From positions 1 to 64,000 of the forward strand of contig JAHLWS010000082.1 in assembly GCA_019057795.1 (NCBI GenBank): a stretch of DNA of 64,000 bases. The letters run 5' to 3'. Of the stretch, positions 60,579 through 64,000 are shown one piece after another. The notes beneath the pieces are model-generated. The model did no database searches. It was not told where the DNA came from and saw nothing but the letters and a program-made list of their open reading frames with translations. This stretch comes from Promethearchaeota archaeon (GTDB taxonomy: Archaea > Asgardarchaeota > Lokiarchaeia > Sigyniarchaeales > SOKP01). A program made the translations under genes and the position numbers. Each line of letters begins with the position of its first letter. The first letter of the stretch is position 1.

Positions 60579-60866
60579 ATGAATGAAAAAGATTCAGCTC
60601 CTAAAACGGGTTTCCAAAAAATTATAAATTTTTTTAACAATAATCTTGAAATGAATCATCCAATCGCAATCGCTGAAGTAGTTGAGAAAACCGGATTCTC
60701 GTGGAGCTTCGTGAAAAAAACACTAGCTAAAATAAAAGAAGAATACGATGGATTTCATTTTGAAAAATCAGGAAGCACCTGGATTATGTGGAAAGATAGA
60801 AATCATATTATAAAGAAATTGGACGAAACTTGTTCTCGATTTTTAAAAGATGATGATAAATGCTGA
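60579..60866 (+). CDS. Small putative winged-helix DNA-binding protein
   Basis: PIAIAEVVEKTGFSWSFVKKTL HTH-like segment plus a beta wing. Confidence 0.6.
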   Translation: MNEKDSAPKTGFQKIINFFNNNLEMNHPIAIAEVVEKTGFSWSFVKKTLAKIKEEYDGFHFEKSGSTWIMWKDRNHIIKKLDETCSRFLKDDDKC

Positions 60867-60869
60867 GGA

Positions 60870-62006
60870 TTATCTTTTTTTTCTCAACTTTTTACCAGCT
60901 AAATATAAGATACAGCACCCTGGACATATTGGCATGAATTTTTTTGACTCCATATAATCTCTGAACTTCTTATATTTCTCTCCATTCCAAATGTCGGCAA
61001 TACTATTCTCATGTAGATTTCCAAGCACTAAATCATAGAAGATATGGCAAGGGGCAACATCACCATTAGCAACAATCTCAGTTGACACCCAAGGAATAAT
61101 GCACTTCTCATATACATCAGTCATCTGATCCCAATTCGAAGTTAGATACGCTTCTAAATTCTGTGAAGAAAAAGTAGGTGGTAGAAGCACCGCGTACTTA
61201 TTTTGACTCGAATAATAGGTTCGCACTCTATTTACTTGTCTAGATAACTCAGTTCTATCTATTTCATTGAATTCAGATGGTAAACGGACCAAACCCTTCC
61301 AATAGGTATCACTTTGAATTCCAAATTCTGAACTGAGAAATTCTGCGTAATCTTCTCCCATCTGTTTTGTAATATAGTTCTGCATTTGTATTGTAATACG
61401 GTCTAATTTTGAAATATCAAGATCCTGCAAGAAAAATTCCTCGATTGTTAGAAAGTTATCAGAAGTTACAGTGAAAATTATATCAATAAGAGGTTTTTTT
61501 GCTTTATTCTTCTCTTTCACCTCAAAAAGATCATTTATTCCTTGTATTGCCTTTTCATAGCTCCCTACCCCTCTCATTTTATCATTTATATCTCGAGGTC
61601 CATCAAGGGAAACCCGCACCAAGTCAAATTCTTTTTTTACCAATAATTCTGCATTATCGGACAAAAGTGTTCCATTTGTTGGAGTATTTACAAAGGAATT
61701 TTTCTTTTTAATTTCATCTATTAACTCTTCAAAATAAGGATATAGTAGCGGTTCTCCACCGAATAGCGAATAAGTTGGTTTTGCAATCGCAAGTTCCCTG
61801 ATCAAGTTCCTAACGATTTCAAAATTTAGAGTCTTGGGTTTTTTTTTGGTCTGAGATGTAGAATACGCACCAGTTTCCCCCCAATAATAACATATTTTAC
61901 AACGCAAATTACAATTTTCAGTAAGATGGAGCGTTATATTACGAGGTAACGAAGGAATTTTTGACATTGAAATCGAAATTAATAGATCATTAAAGTATTT
62001 TAGCAT
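60870..62006 (-). CDS. Radical SAM/SPASM-domain protein
   Basis: CNLRCKIC, GGEPLL, SLDG and C-terminal CIIPW...GDVAPC...C.GC. Confidence 0.9.
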   Translation of the reverse strand: MLKYFNDLLISISMSKIPSLPRNITLHLTENCNLRCKICYYWGETGAYSTSQTKKKPKTLNFEIVRNLIRELAIAKPTYSLFGGEPLLYPYFEELIDEIKKKNSFVNTPTNGTLLSDNAELLVKKEFDLVRVSLDGPRDINDKMRGVGSYEKAIQGINDLFEVKEKNKAKKPLIDIIFTVTSDNFLTIEEFFLQDLDISKLDRITIQMQNYITKQMGEDYAEFLSSEFGIQSDTYWKGLVRLPSEFNEIDRTELSRQVNRVRTYYSSQNKYAVLLPPTFSSQNLEAYLTSNWDQMTDVYEKCIIPWVSTEIVANGDVAPCHIFYDLVLGNLHENSIADIWNGEKYKKFRDYMESKKFMPICPGCCILYLAGKKLRKKR

Positions 62007-62062
62007 GTAAAATAATTTGTATAATTTAAATTGATGTGTTTAATCTCACATGTTTCTAAAAG

Positions 62063-62443
62063 CTAATCTACAATAGAACTAAGTGATTTTGGTAGGTTAG
62101 GCGAAAAAAAAGACTGGATAAATTCAACATCGATTTCGTTTAATAAAGTGGCACTCTTACATGAAGCAATTAAGATTCCATAATGGTTTAACGGTTGTAT
62201 TAATATTGCCCCATTAGAACAATCAATTAGTATTCGTTTTAGGTTACCAGCTATTATTTCACCAAGAAATTGTCTTCCTATCCACCTTAGGGCTGCACAT
62301 ATCGCGGCAATAAGAGTCCGGTCTGTGTTTTCATCTACAAAAGAAGCAATGGGTAAGCCTTCATTACCCATAACTATGATTGCGCTAATTCCTACGTTTT
62401 TCTTACACAAATTTTCTAGGTATTCTTCTAGATTAGACATCAT
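62063..62443 (-). CDS. Roadblock/LC7 (MglB-like) domain protein
   Basis: IIVMGNEGLPIAS, IAAICAAL and LKRILIDCSNGAILI. Confidence 0.85.
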   Translation of the reverse strand: MMSNLEEYLENLCKKNVGISAIIVMGNEGLPIASFVDENTDRTLIAAICAALRWIGRQFLGEIIAGNLKRILIDCSNGAILIQPLNHYGILIASCKSATLLNEIDVEFIQSFFSPNLPKSLSSIVD

Positions 62444-62590
62444 AAATAGAAACTTTGATTTCGGATAAAAATAATTTTAACAAGAAAATATTAGGAATCC
62501 TAAATATATATGTATTTGCGTAGAGTGTAAAATAAAAATATCGGAATTTTTAAACCTTAATTTATACGGTTCAGGCCTTAGAAAATAGAG

Positions 62591-62608
62591 AGTGTGAATA
62601 TTCACACT
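62591..62608. promoter_or_regulatory. Perfect 18-bp palindrome AGTGTGAAT|ATTCACACT, candidate operator
   Basis: Exact inverted repeat in the divergent intergenic region between the roadblock and FrhB-like genes. Confidence 0.55.
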
Positions 62609-62673
62609 AGCTTTATATTTTATGTTCCATTTTATAAAACAAATTTTTATCTATAAAAATTATACATATTAAA

Positions 62674-63627
62674 GTGTCTAATTTAATGAAGATTGAAAAA
62701 TCTAGTCAAGAACTTGAAAATGAAGTAATTTATGCTGGTTTGTGCATTCATTGCGGAAGTTGTAACGCGTTTTGCCCACATATGGATTTTAATGAAGAAA
62801 CTGGATTAGCTTACGTCGTTGACGAATGTGCTGAGACTGTAGGTTTGTGCTATAATGCATGCCCACGAAGTTTCCTTCCTATTTCCGAAATTGAACAAAA
62901 AATGTTCGGTCAAAATCGCGTTGACTTAGCTGTTGGGGTATATAAAGATATAATTCAGGTTAAATCCAAAAACAAAGATGAGATTTTATACAATTTAGTT
63001 TCAGCCGCATTCGACTCTGGAATTGTTAAACATTTTGTTTTGAGCAAACCTAAAAGCCAAAAACCACCTGTCGCTTTTCCTGTAGTTGTTGATAGCGCGA
63101 ATGATGCTAAACAATACATTCCTAACAATCCCAATCAAAACGCCGGGCCGTTAATCACTGGAATTGGAAGAGCTTATTTGGATAGAAAGCGGGAAATAGG
63201 TATTATTGCGAATCCATGTCATCTTCAAGGGCTTGCAAAAATTGTAACAAGCGATTTTAATACGGGGGCTGAGCGTACTTCCCTAAAAATAGGCTTTGCC
63301 TGCTCTTCTGGTGGAATGGCAGGGTGTAAATATTGTACTGATTACACTGGAGAGTTTTCTGATATTTCTTATAGCCCATGGGGCGCACCTAAAGGCTCTG
63401 GAGAAGCATTTTTGATTGTTAGAACTGATGTAGGCCAAAAAGTCGTTGATCACGCAATAAAGAATAAATTAATCGAAGTTACCAATAAAGAGCCCGATCT
63501 TAGCGAAATGAAAAAGTTCATAAATAAGAAGAGAAAGAAAAACTTCTTAAATTTGTTAGGTAGAGATTTAATTACTGCCAAATACTTACATTTAAACATT
63601 GACGAATTCAAGGACTTACTCGAATAA
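62674..63627 (+). CDS. Coenzyme F420 hydrogenase/dehydrogenase beta-subunit (FrhB/FdhB)-like protein
   Basis: N-terminal LCIHCGSCNAFCP and C...CYNACPR, then ANPCH..G, GCKYCTDYTGEFSDIS and IVRTDVG. Confidence 0.82.
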   Translation: MSNLMKIEKSSQELENEVIYAGLCIHCGSCNAFCPHMDFNEETGLAYVVDECAETVGLCYNACPRSFLPISEIEQKMFGQNRVDLAVGVYKDIIQVKSKNKDEILYNLVSAAFDSGIVKHFVLSKPKSQKPPVAFPVVVDSANDAKQYIPNNPNQNAGPLITGIGRAYLDRKREIGIIANPCHLQGLAKIVTSDFNTGAERTSLKIGFACSSGGMAGCKYCTDYTGEFSDISYSPWGAPKGSGEAFLIVRTDVGQKVVDHAIKNKLIEVTNKEPDLSEMKKFINKKRKKNFLNLLGRDLITAKYLHLNIDEFKDLLE

Positions 63628-63641
63628 AATTTTTGAAGTAG

Positions 63642-64000
63642 TTAACCCAAACCTATTTTTTTTTGTATTTCTTTTATTAATATTTCAAATATAATTTTAT
63701 TATTTTCCCCCGATTTTGAGCTCGTTTCAAAAAGATGATGGATACCATGTTCTTTCTGAAACTCCTCAGCTTCTTCTCGCTCAACAGTTCGTCTAACATT
63801 AGCTAGATCAACTTTTCCGCCAACTAGCACAAACACGGGATCTGAAGAATGGTCTTGAATAATATCGTACCATTCTTGAAGGTTCTGGAAACTTGTATAT
63901 CTTGTAATATCGTAACATAGCAGGCAACCGTGAGCGCCTCTTGCATAATTCGGTAAAAAAAATCTGAACCTTTTTTCGCCAGCAAAGTCCCAAATTTGAA
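63642..64000 (-). CDS. Rab-like small GTPase (5' end lies outside the window)
   Basis: The frame is open from the window end: QIWDFAGEKRFRFFLPNYARGAHGCLLCYDIT...VLVGGKVDL...FETSSKSGEN. Confidence 0.9.
   Translation of the reverse strand, partial: QIWDFAGEKRFRFFLPNYARGAHGCLLCYDITRYTSFQNLQEWYDIIQDHSSDPVFVLVGGKVDLANVRRTVEREEAEEFQKEHGIHHLFETSSKSGENNKIIFEILIKEIQKKIGLG

Noticed and set aside
60858-60872. C-terminal TGC TGA GGA (Cys-Sec-Gly-like) in the small HTH gene
   Set aside because: Readthrough would run into the convergent radical SAM gene; there is no SECIS and no redox fold.
63808-63993. 61-aa ORF from the track
   Set aside because: Alternative frame of the Rab-like GTPase; the real frame is 63642..64000.
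1-64000. CRISPR arrays, tRNA/rRNA genes, IS elements and defence systems
   Set aside because: No regularly spaced repeats, GC-rich structured RNA segments, or transposase/Cas-like ORFs were seen by eye. A covariance-model search could still find small RNAs.

Overview
An AT-rich, gene-dense archaeal chromosomal segment, very likely from Lokiarchaeia/Promethearchaeota (Asgard). This is inferred from H4MPT C1 enzymes together with eukaryotic-signature proteins: a Rag-like GTPase-roadblock fusion, a longin/uDENN-like protein, a Rab-like GTPase, a stand-alone roadblock protein and a presenilin-like protease. Housekeeping and metabolic genes include ABCE1, glyS, cdc48, RecJ-like, beta-CASP RNase, apt, MTAP, gcvT/H/PA/PB, ftr, mtd, an mtdB-like gene, mch and glpD. 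No rRNA, tRNA, CRISPR array or transposase was seen. The best candidate for a new system is an operon encoding a wHTH domain fused to a degenerate HdrA and MvhD, followed by MvhG and a [NiFe] large subunit with no C-terminal maturation extension. This looks like a one-component H2/redox-sensing hydrogenase regulator. It is transcribed divergently from an operon (two hypothetical paralogs, mtdB, cdc48) whose promoter, carrying a TTGATAA-N6-TTATCAA palindrome, is repeated 4925 bp away. Other points are apparent ATA/ATT start codons behind a GGTGA Shine-Dalgarno, two genes broken by a single in-frame TAA, and a decaying higher-GC island at about 45.4-49.4 kb. All family calls come from motif recognition by eye; no searches were run.
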